Assembly (NCBI GenBank): GCA_965202745.1
Contig: CBDBCB010000016.1
Span: forward strand, 28,262-92,261
Source of the DNA: Alphaproteobacteria bacterium
GTDB taxonomy: Bacteria > Pseudomonadota > Alphaproteobacteria > Bin95
Length of the DNA stretch: 64,000 nt
Direction: 5' to 3'
The position numbers were made by a program, and so were the translations under genes. Each line of letters opens with the position of its first letter. Position 1 is the stretch's first letter. The notes beneath the pieces are model-generated. The model did no database searches and had not been told where the DNA came from. It saw only the letters and a program-made list of their open reading frames with translations. Below are positions 41,143-50,940 of the stretch, piece after piece.

Positions 41143-43041
41143 TTACTCCACACTACCTTCCATCACGCTGGCCATGCGGCGGGCGAAAGCGACCGGGTCC
41201 GGCAAAAGTTCACCCTCCACGATCCGGGCCTGGTCCAGCAACAGGAAGGCATAGTCCTCAGCCTTGTCCGCAGCATCCGGGCCGTCCAACTTCTCCGCCA
41301 GGCGCTTCACCAGCGAGTGCCGCGGGTTCAGTTCCAGAATGCGGGGCGCGCGGTCCACCTTCTGGCCATGGTGGCGCATCATGCGCTCCAGGTGCAGGTC
41401 CATGTCGTTCTCGTCCGCCACCAGACAGCAGGCGCTGTCGGTCAGGCGGTCGGAGACGCGCACGTCCTTCACTGCATCGCCCAGCGCCAGCTTGAAGGCA
41501 GCAATCACCGTGCCAATCGCGCCCTCTGGCTCGGCTTCTGGCTGGTCCGGTGCGTCGGCGGCCTTGATGCTGGAGAGGTCGTCGCCTGCGCGGGTCGCGG
41601 ACTTCAGCGGCTTTCCGTCGAACTCGCCAACCATGCTGCTCCAGAACTCGTCAACCGGATCGGTCAGCAGCAGCACTTCGACGCCCTTGGCGATAAAGCC
41701 CTCTAATTGCGGCGAGCGTTTCAGCGCGTCCAAATCATCACCGGCAATGGTGTAAATGGCGGTCTGGTTCTCGGCCATGCCCTCCACATACTCGGCCAGA
41801 CTGATCCAGCCATCGCGCTTGGTGGAGCGGAAGCGGGCGATTTTCAGCAGCGCGTCCTTGTTGGCCTGGTCTTCGTAGAGGCCTTCCTTCAGCACCGCGC
41901 CGAAATTCTCCCAGAACTGAGCGAATTCCTCCGGCTCCTTCTCCGCCTTGGTGGTGAGTTCGTTCAACACCCGGCGGGTCAGGCCGTTGCGGATCTGGCG
42001 CACCACCGGATTGTTCTGCAACATCTCGCGGCTGAGGTTCAGCGGCAGGTCTTCGGAATCCACCACGCCCCGCAGGAAGCGCAGCCAGCCCGGCAGCAGG
42101 TCCTCCACGCCTTCGGTGATGTAGACCCGGCGAACATACAGCTTCAGCGCGTTCTTGCGTTCCGGGTGGAACAGGTCGAAGGGCTTGGCGCCCGGCAGGA
42201 ACAGCAGGGCCGAGTACTCAATCGTGCCCTCGGCCCGCCAGTGGATCGTGTGCCAGGGGTCGTCGAAGCCATGGCCGACGTGATGGTAGAATTCCTTGTA
42301 CTGCTCATCCATGACCTCGCTCTTCGAGCGGGTCCAGAGGGCGGAGGCGGCATTGACCGTCTCCGGCTCCTTCGCCTCCTCACCCTCGGCGGGTTCTTCG
42401 GCCAGAGCGACCGGAATGGCGATATGGTCGGAATAGGTCTTGATGATGGAGCGCAGGCGGTTTGGCTCCAGGAACTCATCCTCGCCCTCCCGCAGGTGCA
42501 GGGTGATGCTGGTGCCGGTCTCCGCCTTCTCCGCCGACGCGACCGAGAAGCTGCCCCGGCCATCGGATTCCCAGGAATGAGCGACACTCTCCCCGGCCTT
42601 GCGGGAGACAACGGAGACGCGCTCCGCAATCATGAAGGCGGAATAGAAGCCAACGCCGAACTGGCCAATCAGGTTCGAGTCCTTCTTGTCGTCACCCGAA
42701 AGCTGCTCGACAAAGGCCGCCGTGCCGGAGCGCGCGATGGTGCCCAGGTTCCCGACCATGTCGTCCCGGCTCATGCCGATACCGTTGTCGGAAATGGTGA
42801 TGGTACGCTCGGCCTTGTTGGGGGCAATAGATATCCGGAAATCCGTCGCCTCCCCCGCCAGCGCGCTGTCGGTCAGGGCCGCATACCGCAGCTTGTCGCA
42901 AGCATCGGAAGCGTTGGAGATCAACTCCCGCAGGAACACTTCCTTGTCGGAATAGACCGAGTGGACCATCAGATCGAGCAAGCGGCCAACTTCGGCCTGA
43001 AATTCCATCTGCTCCGGGTTGCCGCTTTCGGCGGTGGTCAT
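41143..43041 (-). CDS. htpG: Molecular chaperone HtpG (Hsp90)
   Basis: EFQAEVGRLLDLMVHSVYSDKEVFLRELISNASDACDKLRY and a GHKL ATPase domain. There is a GGAG RBS before ATG 43041. Confidence 0.9.
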   Translation of the reverse strand: MTTAESGNPEQMEFQAEVGRLLDLMVHSVYSDKEVFLRELISNASDACDKLRYAALTDSALAGEATDFRISIAPNKAERTITISDNGIGMSRDDMVGNLGTIARSGTAAFVEQLSGDDKKDSNLIGQFGVGFYSAFMIAERVSVVSRKAGESVAHSWESDGRGSFSVASAEKAETGTSITLHLREGEDEFLEPNRLRSIIKTYSDHIAIPVALAEEPAEGEEAKEPETVNAASALWTRSKSEVMDEQYKEFYHHVGHGFDDPWHTIHWRAEGTIEYSALLFLPGAKPFDLFHPERKNALKLYVRRVYITEGVEDLLPGWLRFLRGVVDSEDLPLNLSREMLQNNPVVRQIRNGLTRRVLNELTTKAEKEPEEFAQFWENFGAVLKEGLYEDQANKDALLKIARFRSTKRDGWISLAEYVEGMAENQTAIYTIAGDDLDALKRSPQLEGFIAKGVEVLLLTDPVDEFWSSMVGEFDGKPLKSATRAGDDLSSIKAADAPDQPEAEPEGAIGTVIAAFKLALGDAVKDVRVSDRLTDSACCLVADENDMDLHLERMMRHHGQKVDRAPRILELNPRHSLVKRLAEKLDGPDAADKAEDYAFLLLDQARIVEGELLPDPVAFARRMASVMEGSVE

Positions 43042-43246
43042 GGGTAAGTCTCCAAAATAGAAGCGCGCGCGCGATGCCCCAAAATCAGGCTGCAATATGG
43101 TGGCGGTTCCAGACAGATCAAGCCTGTCGGGCTAATCTGTGGCAGACTCGGCGATATGCCCCGCCTCTTTGCGGGCAGCGCCTATTGCGCCCCGCCCGGA
43201 ATCTCCCCACTCTAAGGGCACGTTCACCCGCCAGCCGGAGGCGCCG

Positions 43247-45895
43247 ATGGATACCTCCAATTTTGGGCGGACCACCGACGAATACCGACACCCCTCCCTC
43301 TCGGGAGGCGGGCGAGTCTTGGCTGTGCTTGGGCCTACCAATACCGGCAAGACCTTCCTCGCTGTCGAGCGGATGCTCGCCCACAACAAAGGCTTGATCG
43401 GCTTCCCGCTGCGTCTGCTAGCGCGCGAGAACTACGACAAGATCGTTAAGATCCGCGGCGCAGGTCAGGTCGCCTTGGTCACGGGCGAGGAAAAGATCAT
43501 CCCGCCCCGGCCCAAGTACTATGTCTGCACCGTGGAGAGCATGCCGCTCGACGTCATGGTCAACTTTCTGGCCGTCGACGAAATCCAGATGGCGGCCGAT
43601 CCGGAGCGCGGCCACATCTTCACTGAGCGGCTGATGCATGCCCGTGGCCATAGCGAGACCATGTTCCTCGGTTCGGAGACAGCACGCCACCTGATCCGCG
43701 CGCTGGTGCCGGGCTGCGAATTCATCACCCGTCCGCGCTTTTCTACCCTTAGCTATGCCGGCCACAAGAAGATGACCCGCCTGCCACCGCGCTCCGCCAT
43801 CGTAGGCTTCTCGGCGGCCGAGGTTTACCGGCTGGCTGAACTTGTCAGGCGTCAGCGGGGCGGCACCGCCGTCGTCATGGGCGCACTCAGCCCCCGCGGA
43901 CGGAACGCCCAGGTCGGCATGTACCAGTCCGGCGAAGTGGACTATCTGGTGGCGACCGATGCCATCGGCATGGGCCTGAACATGGACGTGCGCCATGTCG
44001 CCTTCTCAGCATTGCACAAGTATGACGGCAACCGCCTGCGCGACCTGCTGCCGGGCGAGGTCGGCCAAATTGCCGGGCGCGCCGGGCGGCACATGTCCGA
44101 CGGCACCTTCGGCACCACCGCCGATGTCGGGGGCATGGACGAGGAACTGGTGCAGCGTGTGGAGAACCACGAGTTCGAGACCTTGCGCACGCTCATGTGG
44201 CGCAACCGCGACCTGGATTTCCGCTCCACCGCCGGCCTGATGCGGACCCTGGACGAGAAGCCACCCTACCCCTTCCTCCGCCGCACCCGCCGCGCCGACG
44301 ATCAGCGCACGCTGGAAGCCCTGGCGAAGATGCCGTCGGTTGCCAAGCGCGCCACCGGATACGATACCATCCGGCTGCTCTGGGACATCTGCCAGGTACC
44401 GGATTTTTCCAAGACCCTCACCGACTCGCACACCCGGCTGCTGGCCCGCATCTTCGAGTTCCGCTCTGCCAGCCATGGGGAGGGCAGACTGCCCAACGAC
44501 TGGGTCGCCAATCACATCAACCGCTTGGACCGCACCGACGGCGATATCGACACGCTGATGGCCAGGATCGCGGGCACCCGCACCTGGACCTACATCGCCC
44601 ACCGCACCGGCTGGCTGGACGATCCGGACCAGTGGCGCGAGCAGGCACTGGCCATCGAGGACAGCCTCTCCGACGCCTTGCACGACCGCCTGACCCAGCG
44701 CTTTGTTAACCGCCGCACCGCAGTTCTGGTCCGTCGCCTGCGCGATGGCGACGAGCTTATTGGCGGCGTCGCAGCCGATGGCCAGGTCCTGGTCGAAGGC
44801 GAGCATGTGGGCACGCTCACCGGCTTCCGTTTCACTCCGGATGCCGCCGACCGGGGCGAAGACGGCCGCGCGCTGTTGAACGCCGCCAACCGGGTGCTCC
44901 GCCAGGAGATTGATACCCGGGTGCTGCAAGTTGCCCAGGCCAAGCACAAAGAATTCACCCTGGTGGAGAATAATCGCGTTGCCTGGAACGGAGAGCCCAT
45001 TGGCGCACTGGTCAAGGGTGCCGACTGGCTGAAACCCTGCATCGAGCCCATGGCAAGCGCCCTGCTCGATAGCCGCCACCGCCAGGTATTACGCAACCGC
45101 CTGCAAGCCTGGCTCGACGAAGAAGTCCGCCGCAAGCTTGACCCCTTCGCCCGCATCCGCAGCTTGGATGGCAGCCCCGCACTGCGCGGCATTGGTTACC
45201 GCCTGATCGAGAATGCCGGAGTTCTCGCCCGCCAGGAAATCCGCCAGGAACTGGACACCCTGGCCAAGCCTGACCGCAAGCGTTTGACTGACCAGGGCGT
45301 GCGCATCGGCCATGATTGCCTCTACCTGCCGCAATTGATGAAAGGTGCAGGGCAGCGCTGGCGGTTGCTGCTCTGGCAACTGTATTTCGGCGAGCGGCAA
45401 AGCCCTGCCGAACGCGCGCCTCTGTTGCCCGTCACGCACGGGACCGACACGGACTGGCTTCGGGTCTTCGGCTACGTGGTCGCTGGCCAGCACGCGATCC
45501 GCCTGGACAAGTGGGAAGGTTTCGCCGCCGCTGTTTTCCGGAGCGCGGCCGCAGGCAGTATCGCCATCACCCCGAAACTGGCGGCCATGGTTAGCCTGCC
45601 TGAGACCGATCTGCCCCCGCTGTTGAAGCGCCTGTACTTCTACTCGACCGGCACACAATCAGAAGAGGGCAAGCCCATCTTCGCCCGCCGTGGTTCCAAG
45701 GAATTCAAGAAGGCCCGCCCGCCGAAGCCCCGTGCGCCCAAATCGCGTCCGGCCAAGCTTTCAGCGCCGGCAACAGCGCCGAAAGAACGCAAACCGCTCC
45801 GCCAGCCACCGCCAACCAGCGCGGCCCCGTCCATCCCAGCGCCCCTGCCCTTTGCCGGCTTGCGTGAAGCGCTCGCCCTGGCCGGTTCATCCTAG
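43247..45895 (+). CDS. SUV3-like ATP-dependent helicase
   Basis: Walker A LGPTNTGKT, DExx as VDEIQM, helicase C-terminal motifs, and a long basic C-terminal tail. Confidence 0.8.
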   Translation: MDTSNFGRTTDEYRHPSLSGGGRVLAVLGPTNTGKTFLAVERMLAHNKGLIGFPLRLLARENYDKIVKIRGAGQVALVTGEEKIIPPRPKYYVCTVESMPLDVMVNFLAVDEIQMAADPERGHIFTERLMHARGHSETMFLGSETARHLIRALVPGCEFITRPRFSTLSYAGHKKMTRLPPRSAIVGFSAAEVYRLAELVRRQRGGTAVVMGALSPRGRNAQVGMYQSGEVDYLVATDAIGMGLNMDVRHVAFSALHKYDGNRLRDLLPGEVGQIAGRAGRHMSDGTFGTTADVGGMDEELVQRVENHEFETLRTLMWRNRDLDFRSTAGLMRTLDEKPPYPFLRRTRRADDQRTLEALAKMPSVAKRATGYDTIRLLWDICQVPDFSKTLTDSHTRLLARIFEFRSASHGEGRLPNDWVANHINRLDRTDGDIDTLMARIAGTRTWTYIAHRTGWLDDPDQWREQALAIEDSLSDALHDRLTQRFVNRRTAVLVRRLRDGDELIGGVAADGQVLVEGEHVGTLTGFRFTPDAADRGEDGRALLNAANRVLRQEIDTRVLQVAQAKHKEFTLVENNRVAWNGEPIGALVKGADWLKPCIEPMASALLDSRHRQVLRNRLQAWLDEEVRRKLDPFARIRSLDGSPALRGIGYRLIENAGVLARQEIRQELDTLAKPDRKRLTDQGVRIGHDCLYLPQLMKGAGQRWRLLLWQLYFGERQSPAERAPLLPVTHGTDTDWLRVFGYVVAGQHAIRLDKWEGFAAAVFRSAAAGSIAITPKLAAMVSLPETDLPPLLKRLYFYSTGTQSEEGKPIFARRGSKEFKKARPPKPRAPKSRPAKLSAPATAPKERKPLRQPPPTSAAPSIPAPLPFAGLREALALAGSS

Positions 45896-45899
45896 CGGC

Positions 45900-46205
45900 A
45901 TGCGCAAAACTGAAGAGCAAGAAACAGGCGAAAGCCTGCGCCTGGACAAGTGGCTGGTGCACGCCCGCTTCTGCAAGACCCGCGCCGTCGCCACCACCCT
46001 CATCACCAAAAAGCGGGTGCGCATCAACCGCGATGTGGTGCGGAAAGCCAGCCGTCTGGTGCGCATCGGCGATGTGCTGGCATTGCCGCGCGGCTACGAC
46101 GTGATCGTCGTCAAGGTCCTGGCCATGGGTGAGCGGCGCGGACCACCGGCCGAAGCCCAAACGCTCTACGACGCAATACCGCCAAGCGAAGAAGGCCCGG
46201 TGTGA
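45900..46205 (+). CDS. S4-domain RNA-binding protein (Hsp15-like)
   Basis: RLDKWLVHARFCKTRAVATTLITKKRVRINRDVVRKASRLVRIGDVL is an S4 fold. The start lies 4 nt after the helicase stop. Confidence 0.65.
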   Translation: MRKTEEQETGESLRLDKWLVHARFCKTRAVATTLITKKRVRINRDVVRKASRLVRIGDVLALPRGYDVIVVKVLAMGERRGPPAEAQTLYDAIPPSEEGPV

Positions 46206-46309
46206 CCTTCCTGGAATTGATTTCAGCTTCCAAAGGCGCTAGGCAGATTTAACCGCTTTTTCCGTTGCCCCGCGCCGCAGGAGCTGCGCTGGCACTCCAG
46301 GAGTCTTCG

Positions 46310-46645
46310 ATGACCTACATTGTGAATGAAGATTGCATTAAGTGTAAGCACATGGACTGCGTGGAGGTCTGCCCGGTAGACTGCTTCTACGTTGGCACCA
46401 ACATGCTGGTCATCCACCCGGATGAATGCATTGACTGCGGTGTCTGCGAGCCCGAATGCCCAGTAGACGCCATCAAACCGGACACCGAACCAGGTGCCGA
46501 GGAATGGGTTGAGTTCAACCGCGAATATTCCGAAGCTTGGCCCAACATCACCCGCAAGGGCGAGGCGCCGGCCGACGCCAAGGAATGGGAAGGCGTTCCC
46601 AACAAGTTCAAAGAACATTTCGACCCGGCGCCGGGTGAAGCATAA
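46310..46645 (+). CDS. fdxA: Ferredoxin (7Fe/2[4Fe-4S] FdxA type)
   Basis: [27 protein letters not shown]...[13 protein letters not shown]. Confidence 0.85.
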   Translation: MTYIVNEDCIKCKHMDCVEVCPVDCFYVGTNMLVIHPDECIDCGVCEPECPVDAIKPDTEPGAEEWVEFNREYSEAWPNITRKGEAPADAKEWEGVPNKFKEHFDPAPGEA

Positions 46646-46684
46646 CTTCACGCCGAAATAAGCCACAGCCGAATACGGTGCGCG

Positions 46685-46732
46685 CATATATGTATTTGGG
46701 GGCCTGGAATCAGACCCCCAAATACATATATG
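46685..46732 (+). terminator. Perfect 18-bp AT-rich inverted repeat (catatatgtatttggggg / cccccaaatacatatatg) with a 12-nt loop, downstream of fdxA
   Basis: Read directly. It looks like an intrinsic terminator, or possibly a palindromic protein-binding site. Confidence 0.5.
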
Positions 46733-47018
46733 TCATCTAATGATGGTTCCGTTCGGTGCCGTTATATCCCAATGGGTATCTGAGTTAGCACAAGGAAAGA
46801 AAAAGCAGCCCGGAACAATCGGTTGGTGAAACCGCACCGGATGGCCAGTAACGAAGGTAATCAGGGCTCATTGGTCCCGGGATTTTCCCGGTCCAATACA
46901 CGTGCCAGCCCGACTGACACTCGATCCCAGCTGTGAAAATCAGCAACTAACACTGCGTGCAATGGCACCTGCCCGGTGCTCTTCAGGCAACGGCATAGGC
47001 AATCAAGAGGTTTTAAAT

Positions 47019-47618
47019 ATGGCAAAGCTAACAAAGTTCAAACCAGGCGATCACGTCGTCTACCCGGCCCATGGCGTTGGGATGGTGACCTCCATAGAGA
47101 CGCGGGAAGTCGCCGGTATGGAACTGGAAATGCTTGTCATTGAGTTCGATAAGGAAAAGATGACCCTGCGCATCCCGGTCGGCAAAGTCGACAGTGCCGG
47201 CCTGCGCGGTCTGGCCTCCAAGAAAGATATGCAGGATGCGCTGAAGACCCTGAAGGGCAAGGTCCGGATCAAGCGCACCATGTGGAGCCGCCGCGCCCAG
47301 GAATACGAGGCCAAGATCAACTCCGGCAATCTGGTGCAGGTTGCCGAAGTGGTCCGTGACCTCTATCGCAACGCCGACCAGCCTGACCAATCCTACAGCG
47401 AGCGCCAGATCTATCAGGCCGCGCTGGAGCGCCTGGTGCGCGAACTGGCCGCCATCGACCGCGTCGATGAGGAGAAAGCTCAGGACAAGCTGGAAGCCAT
47501 CCTCAGCGCTGCCTCCCCCGTCGCCGCGCCGGTAGTTGATCCGGAAGACGATGACGATGAAAACGGGGACGACAACGATGATGACACGGAAGGCAAGTCG
47601 GAAGAAGCCGCCGCCTAG
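47019..47618 (+). CDS. carD: CarD/CdnL-family RNA-polymerase-binding transcription factor
   Basis: MAKLTKFKPGDHVVYPAHGVGMVTSIE... with an acidic C-terminal tail. There is an AAGAGG RBS. Confidence 0.85.
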   Translation: MAKLTKFKPGDHVVYPAHGVGMVTSIETREVAGMELEMLVIEFDKEKMTLRIPVGKVDSAGLRGLASKKDMQDALKTLKGKVRIKRTMWSRRAQEYEAKINSGNLVQVAEVVRDLYRNADQPDQSYSERQIYQAALERLVRELAAIDRVDEEKAQDKLEAILSAASPVAAPVVDPEDDDDENGDDNDDDTEGKSEEAAA

Positions 47619-47628
47619 GGGTCTGATC

Positions 47629-47654
47629 GAAACGCTTGCATCCGCAAGCGTTTC
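47629..47654. terminator. 11-bp stem / 4-nt loop hairpin (gaaacgcttgc atcc gcaagcgtttc) between the convergent carD and panE genes
   Basis: Read directly. Its position suits a bidirectional terminator. Confidence 0.5.
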
Positions 47655-47708
47655 GTGAATCAGCCCACTCTTTCAATATGGTGGTGGTGCGTTCAGCAAC
47701 CGGCAAGA

Positions 47709-48662
47709 TCAATGCCGCTGGTAGGCGTCGCCCTGCTGGCGGCTTTTTTCTTCGAGCGCCCGCACCGCCGTCACCATGAATTCGCAGGTTGGCGTCGGCA
47801 CGCCCAGCCGCTTGCCCTCATCGACCACGCCGCCATGGATCGTGCCGATCTCCGACCGGCGGCCTGCCATCACGTCCTAATACATGCTGGGATGCGCGTC
47901 CGGCATCTTGTCGATGAAGCCGCTCACCCACTGGATCGGATCGTCATAAAGCAGCTTGATGCCGTTCGCCGCTGCGCAGGCAGAAGCCTCCAGCACGCAG
48001 GCCTTTGACAGTTCCCAGGCATGCTCATTCGCCTTCACCTGGCCCGTCTTCAGCCCGAACAGCGAGCATGAGGCACTGACCGCGATGTTGGCGTTCAGCT
48101 TGCTCCAGACCACCGGCCAGATGTCGTCAAAGGCATCGCAGGTAAAGCCGGAGGAGCGCCAGGCCTCCACCGCCCGGTCCAGCCGCTCGGACTTACCGCC
48201 CGCGGCCTCCGCAATGTTGATCGCCGCCATGCCATTATGATGCGCATGGCCCGGCCCCCGCATGCTGGCGCCAAACCCGCCCGCGATGCCACAGAGCACG
48301 CTGCCGGTATGCTCACCCAGCAATGCCTGGATGCGCTCCACATTGCCCAGGCCGTTCTGCAGCGGCAGCACCATGGTCTCCGGCCCGACCATGGCCCGGC
48401 CTGCGCCCAGGGCGGCCGCTGTGTCGTGCCCCTTGGTCGCCACAATCGCCATCTCACAGGGTCCTGCGGCCGCGGCATCGGTCGTCGTGTTGATAGCCAC
48501 CACCCGGTCGCCCGACGCCCCTTCCAGGCGCAAGCCTGTGGTGTTCATGGCGTCCACGTGCTCCTGCCATTTGTCGAACATCCAGACCTCATGGCCCGCA
48601 TCCGCCATCAGTGCGCCATAGACGGAGCCCATGGCCCCCGCCCCGATCATTCCGATTTTCAT
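47709..48662 (-). pseudogene. panE: 2-dehydropantoate 2-reductase with an in-frame TAG (complement of 47877-47879)
   Basis: MKIGMIGAGAMGSVYG... reads through ...KMPDAHPSMY*DVMAGRRSEIGTIHGGVVDEGKRLGVPTP... to TGA. The stop lies where homologues have Gln. Confidence 0.7.
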
Positions 48663-48759
48663 GTCTGTTACTGCCTTCCGTGAAGCCTTGTCTGGAGATT
48701 GCACCAGCCTTGCCATAAACTCTGCCCTGATAGCCAGCAGAATCGGAAAGTCCACGCCC

Positions 48760-49629
48760 ATGTCCGTCACCACCGCCCTCCGCATCCAGCCATCCGGCAA
48801 GGCACTCGGTGCCGACATCACGGGCGTCGACCTCTCCCAGCCCCTGGACGCGGCCACCATAGAGGCCATCCGTAATGCCTGGCTCGACCATCTGGTGATC
48901 CGGTTCCGCGGCCACTCCCTGAGCCTGGAGCAGCTGGAGCGCTTCAGCGGCTATTTCGGCACGCTCGACAAGGGCCCCATCACCCCCTGGACCGGCCAGC
49001 CGCACATCCCAGATCATCCCAACATTGCCGTCATGTCCAACATCGAGAAGGACGGCCACCCCATCGGCTCCCTCGGCAATGGAGAGGCCGTCTGGCACAC
49101 CGACATGTCCTACAAGGACGAATGCCCCACCGCCTCCATCCTCTATTCGGTGGAGATCCCGCCGGAGGGTGGCAACACCAACTTTGCCAACATGTACCGG
49201 ACCTATGAGAGCCTGCCCGCCGACCTGCGCGCCCGCGTCGATGCCGGGCTGATGTGCAAGCACGATGCCTCCACCAACAGCGCGGGGCAGCGTCGCGCCG
49301 GGTTCGAGGGCGTCACCGATCCGCGCGAGGTACCGGGCGCCATCCATCCCGTCGCCCGCACCCATCCGGAGACCGGGCGCAAGTGCCTGTTCCTTGGCCG
49401 CCGCTGCAACGCCTACCTCGTGGGCCTGGACCTGGACGAGAGCGAGGCCCTGCTCGACGTTCTCTGGAATGCCGCCAGCGACCCCGCCCTGGTCTGGAGC
49501 CATACCTGGCGCGTCGGCGACATGCTCATGTGGGACAATCGCGCCCTGATCCATCACCGCGACGCCTTCCAGGCCACCGACCGGCGCCTGATGTACCGCA
49601 CCCAGTTACAGGGCGATAAGCCATACTGA
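48760..49629 (+). CDS. TauD/TfdA-family Fe(II)/2-oxoglutarate dioxygenase
   Basis: WHTDMSYKDECPTASILYSVEIPPEGGNT and a C-terminal His motif. Confidence 0.8.
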   Translation: MSVTTALRIQPSGKALGADITGVDLSQPLDAATIEAIRNAWLDHLVIRFRGHSLSLEQLERFSGYFGTLDKGPITPWTGQPHIPDHPNIAVMSNIEKDGHPIGSLGNGEAVWHTDMSYKDECPTASILYSVEIPPEGGNTNFANMYRTYESLPADLRARVDAGLMCKHDASTNSAGQRRAGFEGVTDPREVPGAIHPVARTHPETGRKCLFLGRRCNAYLVGLDLDESEALLDVLWNAASDPALVWSHTWRVGDMLMWDNRALIHHRDAFQATDRRLMYRTQLQGDKPY

Positions 49630-49660
49630 GGCGCGCAGAAAAAACCTGAACTTTTATGCG

Positions 49661-49750
49661 CGAAACTAAACGAAACTAAACCGTTTGGCGGCGGAACAGT
49701 TTAGGCGCGGTTTAGCCAAAATTTACCCAAAGTTTATCACCTGTTTAGCG
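49661..49750. promoter_or_regulatory. Cluster of five hexamer sites: CTAAAC twice, then GTTTAG three times
   Basis: cgaaactaaa cgaaactaaa ccgtttgg...cagtttagg cgcggtttagcc...tgtttagcg, inside a 660-bp intergenic region. Confidence 0.4.
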
Positions 49751-50091
49751 CCAGTTGATTCCCTGCCCGGCCCGCTTTCCCAGCCGGGCACCAGGCAAGC
49801 CGCGTACCATGATCATATGGTGCCATTAACCATCCCTGAAAAGCGCAGCCGGCCCCGTTCTTGTCATGATCGCAGCGGCTTGCGCCATCCTGCACAAAGA
49901 GCGCAGCTACGTCCCACTGCACCGGCAAGGTCTGGCCTGGGGCAAGGCCGATAAGACCAGCCTCTCCCAGAGAGCGAACGACATCTTCGACCTCCACCAG
50001 GTATCGGTGCAATAGCTGCTGCAAGCACCTATCCCTGACGGATCTCCGGCCACCGAGTCGGGGGCAGATCGGGGATATCCTTCAAAGTACA

Positions 50092-50130
50092 GAAAACCCC
50101 CGGAAAGCCGCCTGGCTCCTCGGGGTTTTC
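50092..50130. terminator. A-run/GC-stem/T-run hairpin (gaaaacccc ... ggggttttc), bidirectional-terminator-like
   Basis: Read directly. There is no annotated gene within 450 bp upstream on the plus strand. Confidence 0.35.
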
Positions 50131-50295
50131 TTGCGCATCCAAGCAATCATGCATACTCAAGTAAATATCAATTGCAGATTATACCCTTATATGCGCACCA
50201 TATCGCATGTGAGACTAGCCCCTTGGGCAACGCTCATTGAATTGCCGGATCCACGGCAGTCCAAGCCCGCGTTTCGATCCAATGGAAGGTCTAAA

Positions 50296-50851
50296 ATGCC
50301 AAAGCTATTTGCACGCACCGTTGCCGTCGCCGTTTTTCTGACGGCATTACTCGTCAGCCGGCACTCTCACGCGACAATTGTCTACAATATATTCGATGAT
50401 TTCGGCACGGCGACTATCTCCGGCACTATAACAACGGATGGTACCATCGGTGCCGTCGGCAACGGTAACATCACCGACTGGAGCCTTTCCCTGATCAGTG
50501 GGGCAGGAATCTTTTCGCTGACCAAATCTCCACTAAACTCCGAACTCTACTCGGGCAACGGCGTCCTCCAAGCGAGCGTAACGGAGCTGGCATTCGACCA
50601 TTCAGTCAATCATATCTTCCTGATCCGGAATTTCCCCATTCAGAATTTTTGGTGCCTGGAAGGTCCAAACAGTGGATGTTTTGGGACTCCTTCCTCCTCA
50701 AATGTCTCGGTCGGCGGCCGCTTCAATCAACACGTCAATATCGGCCGGACGGGATTGCATGTTTACGGCACGGTGCCCGTTCCCGCGGCCCTGCCGTTAA
50801 TGGCAGCTGGGCATTGGCGGCTTAGCCCTGCTCTCGCGTCGGCAGCGTTAA
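50296..50851 (+). pseudogene. Secreted VPLPA-CTERM sorting-signal protein, frameshifted inside the sorting signal (G-run 50809-50811)
   Basis: Signal peptide MPKLFARTVAVAVFLTALLVS. ...TVPVPAALPLMAAG is followed in the +1 frame by IGGLALLSRRQR*. Confidence 0.55.
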
Positions 50852-50940
50852 GCCCATCCTTAGCGATCCAATCACAACGCGTGTCAAACAAACAAGTCTC
50901 TCGAGGTGTTGCGTAAAATGAAAACGACCATCGCGGAGTA

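Noticed and set aside
49737-50024. 95-aa minus-strand ORF in the long intergenic region (MQQLLHRYLVEVEDVVRSLGEAGLIGLAPGQ...)
   Set aside because: No RBS, atypical codon usage, no recognisable family, and its 3' end overlaps the CTAAAC/GTTTAG repeat cluster. I kept it only as a possibility under the sRNA/regulatory-region finding.
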